In this document: positions 1-7,300 of the stretch, piece by piece
Layout of the letters: each line of letters opens with the position of its first letter
Position numbering within the stretch: the stretch's first letter is position 1
Translations under genes and position numbers: made by a program
The notes under the pieces: model-generated
What the model was told of the DNA's origin: nothing
Database searches by the model: none
What the model saw: only the letters and a program-made list of their open reading frames with translations
Assembly (NCBI GenBank): GCA_021812425.1
Contig: JAKANM010000002.1
Coordinates: 1-40,196, forward strand
Length of the DNA stretch: 40,196 nt
Source: a bacterium
GTDB taxonomy: Bacteria; Patescibacteriota; Patescibacteriia; Magasanikbacterales; GWA2-37-8
Direction of reading: 5' to 3'

Positions 1-1
1 A

Positions 2-1189
2 GTGGTCGCGAATTCCAAAGATCCGGTGGTAAAGGCTTTTTGGCAGACCGAGTTCGAGGGTTACAACGATCGCTACAAACAAGAAGCAGTCGCCCCGATT
101 CAGAACAAAATTGGTCAATTTTTGTCGGCATCGATCATCCGAAACATCGTCGCTCAGGTAAAATCCAGGATCAATATTCGAGAGATCATGGATCAAAAAA
201 AGATTTTTGTGATGAACCTTTCGAAAGGCCGTATTGGCGAGGATAATTCGCGACTTCTTGGCGGCATGCTCATTACGCGTCTTCAGCTCGCCGCGATGGA
301 ACGAGTCGATACTCCGGAGAAAGACCGTAAAGATTTTTTTCTTTATGTTGATGAATTTCAAAATTTTGCAACTGAGAGTTTTGCCGGAATATTGTCAGAG
401 GCGCGCAAGTACCGGCTCGATCTCATCATGGCGCACCAATACATGGAACAACTTGACGAGAAGGTGTTGGCCGCCGTTATTGGTAACGTCGGGACAATGG
501 TGACGTTCCGGGTTGGTTCGTCTGACGCGGAAATTCTTGCCAAAGAATTTATTCCAACATTTATTGAGGAGGATTTGGTAAATTTGCCAAAATTTCAAGT
601 TTATCTGAAATTAATGATTGACGGCGTCGCGTCGAAACCTTTTAGCGCGACCACCCTAGCCCCGATTGCGAAGACCACCGATAGTTTTGAGAAAGTTGTA
701 CGGGTATCGCGTGAGCGCTATGCAATTCCTCGCGATAAAATTGAAGAAAAGATCATGCGTTGGAGCGGTATGGGTCCGGATGATGGAACGGATGATATGG
801 ATGATATGACCGAAGCCGCTAGTAAACCAGCAGCGGTTCCTGCGAGTCAGCCGTCGAGGCCGCCCGCCATTAGTCCTCAATCAAGGACTCAGTCTCAGTC
901 GAAGCCTTCACAAAGTAAACAGACTTTTTCCGGCAAACCCAGATTCGAACCGAGGGTAGGGGACCGGCCAAAACCAAGGTTAGACAGCAAACCGATTGTG
1001 AGGCCCCAGGTACCGCCTCCTCAGCCGAGAAAAGAACCGGTCCAGCCGCCAAAGGTTTCGCCGCCAACGGTGCCACCTATTGTAACGAAACCGCCCGAAG
1101 TACTTCCTTCGCCGAAAACTGAAATTAGCATCGCGCCAGTCTCAGGTCCAAAGAAAATTCCACCCGGCCAGGTAGTGAAGGTGGATTAG
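2..1189 (+). CDS. TraD/TraG/VirD4-family P-loop NTPase (type IV secretion coupling-protein-like). C-terminal part only; the 5' end is cut by the window edge.
   Basis: The ORF is open from the window edge. It has a Walker-B-like FFLYVDEFQNF followed by ARKYRLDLIMAHQYMEQL, typical of the TraG-D_C region. The last ~150 aa are a P/S/Q/K-rich low-complexity tail. Confidence 0.6.
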   Translation: MVANSKDPVVKAFWQTEFEGYNDRYKQEAVAPIQNKIGQFLSASIIRNIVAQVKSRINIREIMDQKKIFVMNLSKGRIGEDNSRLLGGMLITRLQLAAMERVDTPEKDRKDFFLYVDEFQNFATESFAGILSEARKYRLDLIMAHQYMEQLDEKVLAAVIGNVGTMVTFRVGSSDAEILAKEFIPTFIEEDLVNLPKFQVYLKLMIDGVASKPFSATTLAPIAKTTDSFEKVVRVSRERYAIPRDKIEEKIMRWSGMGPDDGTDDMDDMTEAASKPAAVPASQPSRPPAISPQSRTQSQSKPSQSKQTFSGKPRFEPRVGDRPKPRLDSKPIVRPQVPPPQPRKEPVQPPKVSPPTVPPIVTKPPEVLPSPKTEISIAPVSGPKKIPPGQVVKVD

Positions 1190-1192
1190 GGG

Positions 1193-1221
1193 TTGACAAA
1201 AGGTGATTATTTTGATATACT
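1193..1221 (+). promoter_or_regulatory. Sigma70-type promoter: TTGACA, 17 nt, TGaTATACT (extended -10)
   Basis: TTGACA at 1193-1198, TG at 1213-1214, TATACT at 1216-1221. It lies just after the stop of the upstream ORF. Confidence 0.55.
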
Positions 1222-1227
1222 CTTTTT

Positions 1228-1360
1228 CAGTTGGGCAACAATAAAAACGTTCCCAAAATTCGTTTAACGCCTTTATTGGCGGGGCGGACCTCGAAAAACG
1301 AGGGGTCGATTTAATCAGTAGTCTCAAAAAACATTTTGGGAACAAACAATACACAACACT
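1228..1360 (+). promoter_or_regulatory. Long structured 5' leader of the zinc-ribbon gene
   Basis: A perfect 11-bp long-range helix pairs GTTCCCAAAAT (1249-1259) with ATTTTGGGAAC (1333-1343). It encloses a hairpin GACCTCG-AAAAA-CGAGG..TC (1287-1307). TTGGG at 1231-1235 could pair alternatively with CCCAA at 1252-1256. A CA-rich stretch with no SD precedes the ATG. Confidence 0.45.
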
Positions 1361-1675
1361 ATGGCTTTCGGTACTGACAGACAGATGTATGATGTGAATT
1401 TGACCTGTGCAAAATGCGGGTCCCACATCTCTCAGCTGCCTTTCCAACCATCCGGTGACAGACCAGTGTACTGCAGTGACTGCAATCGAGCTTTCCGCCA
1501 AACACGCGGACCAAGCGCCGGTGGCAACATGCGCAGCTCCGGTCCTCGTCAGATGTACGACGTGAATCTCACGTGTGCTAGCTGTGGAACAGGCATCACT
1601 CAGTTGCCTTTCCAACCATCTGGCGACAAACCAGTTTACTGCCGCTCCTGCTTGCAGGCTCGCAGAAACGGTTAA
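1361..1675 (+). CDS. Tandem zinc-ribbon protein with two CxxC-x18-CxxC modules (CxxC-x17-CxxC-like family)
   Basis: RQMYDVNLTCxxCG..I.QLPFQPSGD.PVYCxxC occurs twice, at aa 7-41 and aa 63-97. The gene has its own promoter and terminator. Confidence 0.75.
   Translation: MAFGTDRQMYDVNLTCAKCGSHISQLPFQPSGDRPVYCSDCNRAFRQTRGPSAGGNMRSSGPRQMYDVNLTCASCGTGITQLPFQPSGDKPVYCRSCLQARRNG
1379..1651 (+). repeat. Intragenic tandem duplication; repeat units at 1379-1483 and 1547-1651
   Basis: The two 105-nt units encode near-identical 35-aa zinc-ribbon modules, with a period of 56 codons. Confidence 0.8.
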
Positions 1676-1692
1676 AGAATAATATCTTTCAG

Positions 1693-1724
1693 ATCCCTCA
1701 TCAGCAATGGTGGGGGATTTTTTT
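1693..1724 (+). terminator. Rho-independent terminator
   Basis: The stem pairs ATCCCTCATC (1693-1702) with GGTGGGGGAT (1709-1718), including G-U pairs. The loop is AGCAAT and a T-tract follows at 1719-1724. Confidence 0.6.
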
Positions 1725-1727
1725 ATC

Positions 1728-1756
1728 TTGAAATATTTAGGTTTTCATGATAGATT
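1728..1756 (+). promoter_or_regulatory. Promoter: TTGAAA, 17 nt, TGaTAGATT (extended -10)
   Basis: TTGAAA at 1728-1733, TG at 1748-1749, TAGATT at 1751-1756. The predicted TSS at about 1763-1765 coincides with the start of the repeated leader element. Confidence 0.45.
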
Positions 1757-1764
1757 GTAGCAGT

Positions 1765-1844
1765 TATATGGGCTTCGCCGCATATATTCTCATTCGTTCG
1801 GAAATGAAAATAAATTTTCATTTCACTCACTTATTTCGAATATG
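1765..1844 (+). repeat. 80-nt leader element, copy A, ending on the mnmA ATG
   Basis: It matches 7301-7380 at 68 of 80 positions without gaps. Hairpin 1 spans 1765-1786. Hairpin 2 is GAAATGAAAA-TAAA-TTTTCATTTC at 1801-1824. The last 20 nt (ACTCACTTATTTCGnnTATG, differing only at the two n positions) run into the start codon. Confidence 0.75.
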
Positions 1845-2936
1845 AACTCTCGAAAAAACAAAATTAAAGTACTTGTCGCCCTTTCCGGAGGAGTCGATTC
1901 ATCGGTTGCCGCCGCGCTTTTGGTTGCGTCGAAAAAGTACGAGGTAACGGGCGCGTTCATGATAAATTACGATGAGAAAAATCCGGACGGCGTGAATTGC
2001 TATCTGCATGATTACCGCGACGCGGTCCGAGTAGCCGCTAAACTTGGCATTCCGATTTTGAAGCTTGATTTCAAAAAAGAATATTCAGAAAAAGTATTGT
2101 CTTATATGTATTCTGAATACGAGAAGGGACGCACGCCGAACCCGGACGTGATGTGTAATTCGTTTATAAAATTTGGAAGCTGGCTCGATAAAGCGAAAGA
2201 GCTAGAGTTTGATTATCTGGCGACGGGACATTATGCTGTGACAAAAAATGGCAAGCTGTTGGTTTCACGGGACGAAAATAAGGACCAAACCTACTTTTTG
2301 CATCAGCTAAATAGAAATCAACTGGCGCACAGTATGTTTCCAATAGGGGAATACACTAAGCCCGAGGTTCGAAAGTTAGCGGAGAAATTTGATTTGCCAA
2401 CCGCGGACAAAGAAGAAAGTATGGGGATCTGTTTTATCGGCGAGGTTCCGATAAAGGAATTTTTACAGAAACGTATTGCGCTCAAACCGGGAAATATATT
2501 GTTTCAGGGCAAGGTAATCGGCGTCCATGACGGTTTGTCATTTTATACAATCGGCGAACGCCACCTCGGGGTTAAGACCAATGACAATCAACCGCTTTAT
2601 GTCCTTGATAAAAACATAAAATCAAACGAACTGATTGTCGGCCATGAGCACGACCCGATGCTGTATAAGAAAGAGTCTGAAATCGAAAAAGTGAATTGGA
2701 TAAGTGGACAAACGCTGAAATTTCCATTAAAATGTGAAGTACGATTGCGACATCGGCAGCCGCTTCAAAAGTGCGTTGTGATGATGGTTGACGGTCGAGT
2801 AATAGTGAAATTTGGTACAGATCAAAGAGCAGTAACACCAGGACAATTCGCGGTGTTTTACTTGCCTCGCCGAAGCCACAAAGGGGCGAAGGCAGGTAAA
2901 AATGGGGAATGTTTAGGCGGGGGAGTGATAAAATAA
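1842..2936 (+). CDS. mnmA: tRNA 2-thiouridine(34) synthase MnmA
   Basis: PP-loop motif VALSGGVDSSVAA and a full-length MnmA-like layout ending in CLGGGVI. A short basic insertion sits near the C-terminus. Confidence 0.9.
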   Translation: MNSRKNKIKVLVALSGGVDSSVAAALLVASKKYEVTGAFMINYDEKNPDGVNCYLHDYRDAVRVAAKLGIPILKLDFKKEYSEKVLSYMYSEYEKGRTPNPDVMCNSFIKFGSWLDKAKELEFDYLATGHYAVTKNGKLLVSRDENKDQTYFLHQLNRNQLAHSMFPIGEYTKPEVRKLAEKFDLPTADKEESMGICFIGEVPIKEFLQKRIALKPGNILFQGKVIGVHDGLSFYTIGERHLGVKTNDNQPLYVLDKNIKSNELIVGHEHDPMLYKKESEIEKVNWISGQTLKFPLKCEVRLRHRQPLQKCVVMMVDGRVIVKFGTDQRAVTPGQFAVFYLPRRSHKGAKAGKNGECLGGGVIK

Positions 2937-2939
2937 TAT

Positions 2940-4850
2940 ATGCTGACTTCAGAAGAACTTAGAAAAAAATATCTCGAATTTTTCAAATCAAAGGAACACA
3001 CAATAATTCCTTCTGCTTCGGTTATCCCGGAAAATGATCCGACGGTTTTGTTTACCACGGCCGGTATGCATCCACTGGTGCCATATCTTCTAGGAGAGAA
3101 ACATCCTGGCGGCAAGCGTCTTGCAAATGTACAGAAATGCATTCGTACTCAGGATATCGATGAGGTCGGCGACAATCGCCATGACACCTTTTTCGAGATG
3201 ATGGGGAACTGGTCGCTTGGTGATTATTTTAAGGAAGATGCGATTAAATGGAGCTGGGAGTTTTTGACTTCGCCGGAATATTTAAATTTGGATAAAGAAA
3301 AATTGGCAGTTTCGTTTTTTGAAGGTGAAAAAGAAACCAACATCCCGCGCGACGAGAAAGCGGCTGGAATTTGGAAGTCGCTTGGCCTGCCGGAGGAACG
3401 CATTGTCGCTTTGCCGAGGAAAAATAACTGGTGGGGTCCGGCTGGTCAGACCGGTCCGTGCGGCCCTGATACTGAGATGTTTTATTGGGCTGGTCCGACT
3501 AAACTTCCTCCGAAAGGCAGTAATCCCAGGGATAATGAAGATGATTGGTTGGAGATTTGGAATGATGTTTTCATGGAATATAACAAAATTAAAGGAATGG
3601 ATTTTGTTGATAATACTCATGGAAAAGAAATTTCCGTTCCTACTGATGAATATATATATGTTCAGCTCGCGCAAAAAAACGTCGATACCGGCATGGGGTT
3701 AGAGCGTACGCTGATGGTTCTAAACGGCTATGCCGATGTATTCCAAATCGACACTCTTTGGCCGTTGATCGAGACAATTCAGGAGCTCAGTGGCCACGAA
3801 TATGTCGAGGGTGGCAATGTAACTCGCGCGATGCGAATTATTGCCGACCATCTCCGTACCGCGACGATGATTATGGGCGACGATCGGGGGATAGGTCCGT
3901 CAAACACTGACCAAGGTTATTTGGTTCGCAGGTTGATCCGCCGCGCCGTGCGTTATGGCCGCCAACTTGGCATCAAGGATAATTTTGCCGGTGAAGTAGC
4001 GAAAAAAGTGATTAAAATATTTACGAAAGTTTATCCTGAACTGAAAAAGAATCAGGATTTTGTGCTGACAGAGATTGAGGGTGAAGAAAGTAAATTTAGA
4101 AATACTATCGAGCAGGGACTGAAAGAATTTGAAAAGTTGGTCGCAGGATTTAGGATGGCGTTTGAGAAAACCGGACAGGTGATCAAGGAAATTTCCGGCA
4201 GGCATGCTTTTAAACTTTATGATACCTATGGATTTCCGCTTGAAATGACACAGGAACTCGCTCTCGAGAACAGTCTCTCGGTGGATGTAGCCGGATTTGA
4301 AAATGCCTTCAAACAGCATCAGGAAACATCTCGCGCCGGGGCCGAGCAAAAGTTTGCGGGCGGGTTGGCTGATCACGGTGAAATGTCCACAAAATACCAT
4401 ACAGCTACGCACCTATTGCATGCCGCGCTCCACAAAGTTCTTGGCTCTCACGCTACTCAGAAGGGGAGTAATATCACATCTGAACGCATGCGTTTTGATT
4501 TTAGTCATCCGCAGAAAATGACAGCTGAGGAACTGGCGAAGGTCCAGGATTTGGTAAATGACGCCATCGATAATGATTATAAAGTGGTATGTGAGGAAAT
4601 GAGTTTCAAGGACGCAAAAGCAAAAGGCGCGATCGGGCTTTTCGAAAATAAATATCAGGATAAAGTAAAAGTTTATACCGTTGGCGATCCGAAGAAACCG
4701 GCGGTTGCCGAGGCCGAATCACCAACCTTCAGCCGTGAGGTTTGCGGCGGTCCCCATGTCGAACATACCGGCCTGCTCGGCAGATTCAAAATTATCAAAG
4801 AAGAGGCGGTTGGCGCCGGCGTTCGCCGTATCAAAGCGATCCTCGAATAA
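2940..4850 (+). CDS. alaS: Alanine--tRNA ligase, short form ending after the editing domain
   Basis: FTTAGMHP and DTGMGLER mark the catalytic core. HTATHLLHAAL and CGGPHV are the editing-domain zinc motifs. The protein is 636 aa and lacks a C-Ala domain. Confidence 0.9.
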   Translation: MLTSEELRKKYLEFFKSKEHTIIPSASVIPENDPTVLFTTAGMHPLVPYLLGEKHPGGKRLANVQKCIRTQDIDEVGDNRHDTFFEMMGNWSLGDYFKEDAIKWSWEFLTSPEYLNLDKEKLAVSFFEGEKETNIPRDEKAAGIWKSLGLPEERIVALPRKNNWWGPAGQTGPCGPDTEMFYWAGPTKLPPKGSNPRDNEDDWLEIWNDVFMEYNKIKGMDFVDNTHGKEISVPTDEYIYVQLAQKNVDTGMGLERTLMVLNGYADVFQIDTLWPLIETIQELSGHEYVEGGNVTRAMRIIADHLRTATMIMGDDRGIGPSNTDQGYLVRRLIRRAVRYGRQLGIKDNFAGEVAKKVIKIFTKVYPELKKNQDFVLTEIEGEESKFRNTIEQGLKEFEKLVAGFRMAFEKTGQVIKEISGRHAFKLYDTYGFPLEMTQELALENSLSVDVAGFENAFKQHQETSRAGAEQKFAGGLADHGEMSTKYHTATHLLHAALHKVLGSHATQKGSNITSERMRFDFSHPQKMTAEELAKVQDLVNDAIDNDYKVVCEEMSFKDAKAKGAIGLFENKYQDKVKVYTVGDPKKPAVAEAESPTFSREVCGGPHVEHTGLLGRFKIIKEEAVGAGVRRIKAILE

Positions 4851-4852
4851 CT

Positions 4853-5266
4853 ATGTTAAGGAATGTGATTGTTCATCTCTGGTCAATGCGCAAAGAATTT
4901 GCTAAGTATTTTATCATCGGCCTTAGCGCGTTGTTTACTGATATCGGCAGTTTGTATATATTGAAGGAGTATTTTCATCTCTCTCCGACGTTCGCGGTGG
5001 TGATGAATCAGCCGGTAATCATGGCCGGTGTTTTCTTTTTAAACAAGCATTGGTCGTTCAAAGCCGGGGGAGTGACCCATCGGCAGATGGTCAAATTTCT
5101 TAGTTTGGCGGCGTTTAACTACCTTTTTTCCGTGATCTGGATCTATTTACTTCATGACCGATTTGGTGTTTACTATCTCTACGCGCGAACACTGAATATC
5201 GCGCTAGCGGTGGCCTGGAACTTCCTATTATATAAGTATTGGGTGTACAGATCCGAACCCTCTTGA
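4853..5266 (+). CDS. GtrA-family membrane protein
   Basis: 137 aa with four predicted TM segments and a GtrA-like N-terminus, EFAKYFIIGLSALFTDIGSLYIL. I chose the ATG at 4853, 2 nt after the alaS stop, rather than the longer track ORF from 4742 that overlaps alaS. Confidence 0.65.
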   Translation: MLRNVIVHLWSMRKEFAKYFIIGLSALFTDIGSLYILKEYFHLSPTFAVVMNQPVIMAGVFFLNKHWSFKAGGVTHRQMVKFLSLAAFNYLFSVIWIYLLHDRFGVYYLYARTLNIALAVAWNFLLYKYWVYRSEPS

Positions 5267-5291
5267 CTTTATTTATTCATTGGGCTATACT
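5263..5291 (+). promoter_or_regulatory. Promoter: TTGACT, 17 nt, TATACT
   Basis: TTGACT at 5263-5268 overlaps the GtrA stop codon. TATACT is at 5286-5291, 24 nt upstream of the infA ATG. Confidence 0.55.
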
Positions 5292-5315
5292 ATCGCCCAG
5301 CTAAGTAAATCCTAA

Positions 5316-5531
5316 ATGGCTAAAAACGATATCATCGAACTTGATGGCCAGGTCGAAGACCTGTTGCCGGCCGCCACCTTCCGGGTAACTCTGGAAAGCG
5401 GTCAGAGCATCATCGCTCATTTGTCAGGTAAGATGCGTTTAAACAAAATTCGGTTGTCGATTGGAGATCGAGTAAAGGTAGAGATGACTCCATACGATTT
5501 GACCAAAGGCCGGATTACCTTGCGGTATTAA
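5316..5531 (+). CDS. infA: Translation initiation factor IF-1
   Basis: 71-aa S1-like OB-fold protein. The stretch [29 protein letters not shown] is typical of IF-1. Confidence 0.95.
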   Translation: MAKNDIIELDGQVEDLLPAATFRVTLESGQSIIAHLSGKMRLNKIRLSIGDRVKVEMTPYDLTKGRITLRY

Positions 5532-5556
5532 AAACTCATCAATAAATAGAATTTGT

Positions 5557-5628
5557 ATCAGCCGGTGCGGTGGAGCTCGATGAAAGATTGAGCGACGATA
5601 TCGCGGCAGTGGTTGATATTTTTTCTTT
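5557..5628 (+). terminator. Long imperfect hairpin plus T-tract between infA and rpmJ (terminator or attenuator)
   Basis: The arm at 5557-5573 pairs with 5601-5617 over about 17 positions, with 2 mismatches and several G-U pairs. TTTTTTCTTT follows from 5619. Confidence 0.4.
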
Positions 5629-5641
5629 GTAAAAATAAAAT
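5613..5641 (+). promoter_or_regulatory. Promoter: TTGATA, 17 nt, TAAAAT, ending 5 nt before the rpmJ ATG
   Basis: TTGATA at 5613-5618 lies inside the 3' arm of the hairpin. TAAAAT is at 5636-5641 and the ATG at 5647. Confidence 0.4.
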
Positions 5642-5646
5642 TTTGT

Positions 5647-5760
5647 ATGAAAGTACGAGCCTCGGTAAAGAAAATTTGTCAAAAATGCAAAATTGTCCGC
5701 CGCAACAGATCCTTGCGCGTGATTTGTGAAAGCAAAAAACATAAACAGCGCCAAGGTTAA
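5647..5760 (+). CDS. rpmJ: 50S ribosomal protein L36
   Basis: This gene is not in the ORF track. Hand translation gives [37 protein letters not shown] (37 aa), with the CxxC...CxxxH L36 zinc motif and the conserved position between infA and rpsM. Confidence 0.9.
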   Translation: MKVRASVKKICQKCKIVRRNRSLRVICESKKHKQRQG

Positions 5761-5790
5761 ATAATTCCATAGATTTTTAGATTAAATATT

Positions 5791-6177
5791 ATGCGTATCT
5801 CGGGTATAAACATTCCAAAGGAGAAAAAGATCGAAATTTCACTTCGATACGTTTTTGGCATCGGGCCGACTCTTGCCAAAAAGGTTTTACAATCCGCGAA
5901 GATCGACGGCGGTATCCGCACCAAGGATCTCACCAACGAGCAACAGGACATCATTCGTTCGATTGTGGAGAAAACCTACAAAATTGAAGGTGACCTCCGC
6001 CGCGAGATCCAGTCCAACGTCAAAGCCATGAAAGATATCAAATGCTTCCGCGGCATTCGTCATATGAAGCACTTGCCGGTTCGCGGACAGCGCACCAAAA
6101 CGAACTCACGCACTGTACGCGGCAATGTGAGAAAGACGGCTGTTAGCGGCAAGAAGCCGGCTGGCCTAAAGACCTAA
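5791..6177 (+). CDS. rpsM: 30S ribosomal protein S13
   Basis: MRISGINIPKEKKIEISLRYVFGIGPTLAKKVL and conserved operon position. Confidence 0.95.
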   Translation: MRISGINIPKEKKIEISLRYVFGIGPTLAKKVLQSAKIDGGIRTKDLTNEQQDIIRSIVEKTYKIEGDLRREIQSNVKAMKDIKCFRGIRHMKHLPVRGQRTKTNSRTVRGNVRKTAVSGKKPAGLKT

Positions 6178-6194
6178 ACTAAAGACTATATTTT

Positions 6195-6653
6195 ATGACT
6201 GATCAAATTCCAGCTAAAAAAACCGCTCCAGTTGCTAACGCAACCGGTACAACAGCTGCCAAACCGGCGGTTGATGTGAAGCCGAAAAAGAAAAAAGTTG
6301 TTCGTCAGGTGCCAAAGGGCAACGCCTATATCCAGGCCACCTACAACAATACCATCCTTACTATTACCGATCCGAACGGCGCTGTTCTTGGTTGGTCCTC
6401 ATCCGGAAGCACCGGTTTTAAGGGGCCAAAAAAGGCGACTCCTTATGCGGCAAGCGTGGTAGTAAAGGATTTGATGGAGAAAGTTGCCGATTACGGCGTG
6501 AAAGAGGTAAACGTCTTTATCAAAGGCATTGGCGGTGGCCGAGAAAGCGCGATCCGCGCGTTGCACACCAATGGCCTCAATGTTTTACAGATTACCGATT
6601 TGACTCCGATTCCGCACAACGGTTGCCGTCCGCCAAAACGCCGACGCGTCTAA
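6195..6653 (+). CDS. rpsK: 30S ribosomal protein S11, with an N-terminal extension of about 20 aa
   Basis: The core GNAYIQATYNNTILTITDPNG ... PIPHNGCRPPKRRRV is S11. An Ala/Thr/Lys-rich leader precedes the conserved core. Confidence 0.95.
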   Translation: MTDQIPAKKTAPVANATGTTAAKPAVDVKPKKKKVVRQVPKGNAYIQATYNNTILTITDPNGAVLGWSSSGSTGFKGPKKATPYAASVVVKDLMEKVADYGVKEVNVFIKGIGGGRESAIRALHTNGLNVLQITDLTPIPHNGCRPPKRRRV

Positions 6654-6675
6654 TATTTAATGGATTTCTAATACT

Positions 6676-7284
6676 ATGGCTCGAGATATCAGACCAAAAC
6701 ACAAATTATGCCGCAAGTACGGCGAGAAGCTTTGTGATTGCGCTAAGTGCCCGATCACCAAACGCAGTTATCCACCTGGTCAGCATGGACCAAATCAGAA
6801 ACGCGTTAAGCTTTCTGGTTTCGGCAAACAGCTTCGTGAAAAACAAAAAGTAAAACGAATTTACGGAATACTAGAGCGCCAATTTGCTAACTACGTTGCT
6901 GAAGCATCCAAGAAATCTGGCGATACCAGTAAATTCCTTCTTAGTTATTTGGAATCTCGTCTTGATAATGTGGTCTACCGCAGTGGCCTCGCGCCATCCC
7001 GCGCCGCAGCCCGCCAGCTTGTGACTCACGGTCATGTGCTTGTGAACGGCAAATCTCTTGATATCCCGTCTTATCGGGTTCGCGTCGGAGAAGCGGTTGA
7101 ATTGCACGCTACCAGCAAGAAGAGTAAATTATTCGAAAATATTGCTGAAACGATCAATAAGAAAGAAATGCCGGCTTGGTTAGCGGTTGATGCCAAAAAA
7201 TTATCGGCAAAAGTTTTAAATAATCCGACGGTTGAAAATCCCAACTTTGACGCGAAGTCCATCATTGGGTTTTACTCTCGTTAA
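6676..7284 (+). CDS. rpsD: 30S ribosomal protein S4
   Basis: N-terminal Cys cluster CRKYGEKLCDCAKC, an S4 RNA-binding domain (RLDNVVYRSGLAPSRAAARQLVTHGHV) and the conserved operon position. Confidence 0.95.
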   Translation: MARDIRPKHKLCRKYGEKLCDCAKCPITKRSYPPGQHGPNQKRVKLSGFGKQLREKQKVKRIYGILERQFANYVAEASKKSGDTSKFLLSYLESRLDNVVYRSGLAPSRAAARQLVTHGHVLVNGKSLDIPSYRVRVGEAVELHATSKKSKLFENIAETINKKEMPAWLAVDAKKLSAKVLNNPTVENPNFDAKSIIGFYSR

Positions 7285-7300
7285 TTTTAACGAATTTTTA

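Noticed and set aside
1142-1615. A 157-aa minus-strand ORF overlapping the zinc-ribbon gene and its leader.
   Set aside because: It is antisense to a gene with clear duplicated CxxC modules, a promoter and a terminator. It has no recognisable features.
3900-4412. A 170-aa minus-strand ORF, plus several other 60-145-aa ORFs inside alaS, clpB, priA, gltX and lysS.
   Set aside because: All are nested antisense or out of frame within long, motif-rich housekeeping genes, with no independent signals. I treat them as spurious.
5770-5783. Two adjacent TAGATT hexamers just upstream of rpsM, considered as a promoter.
   Set aside because: There is no acceptable -35 or TG extension. rpsM is 30 nt downstream of rpmJ and is most simply co-transcribed with it.
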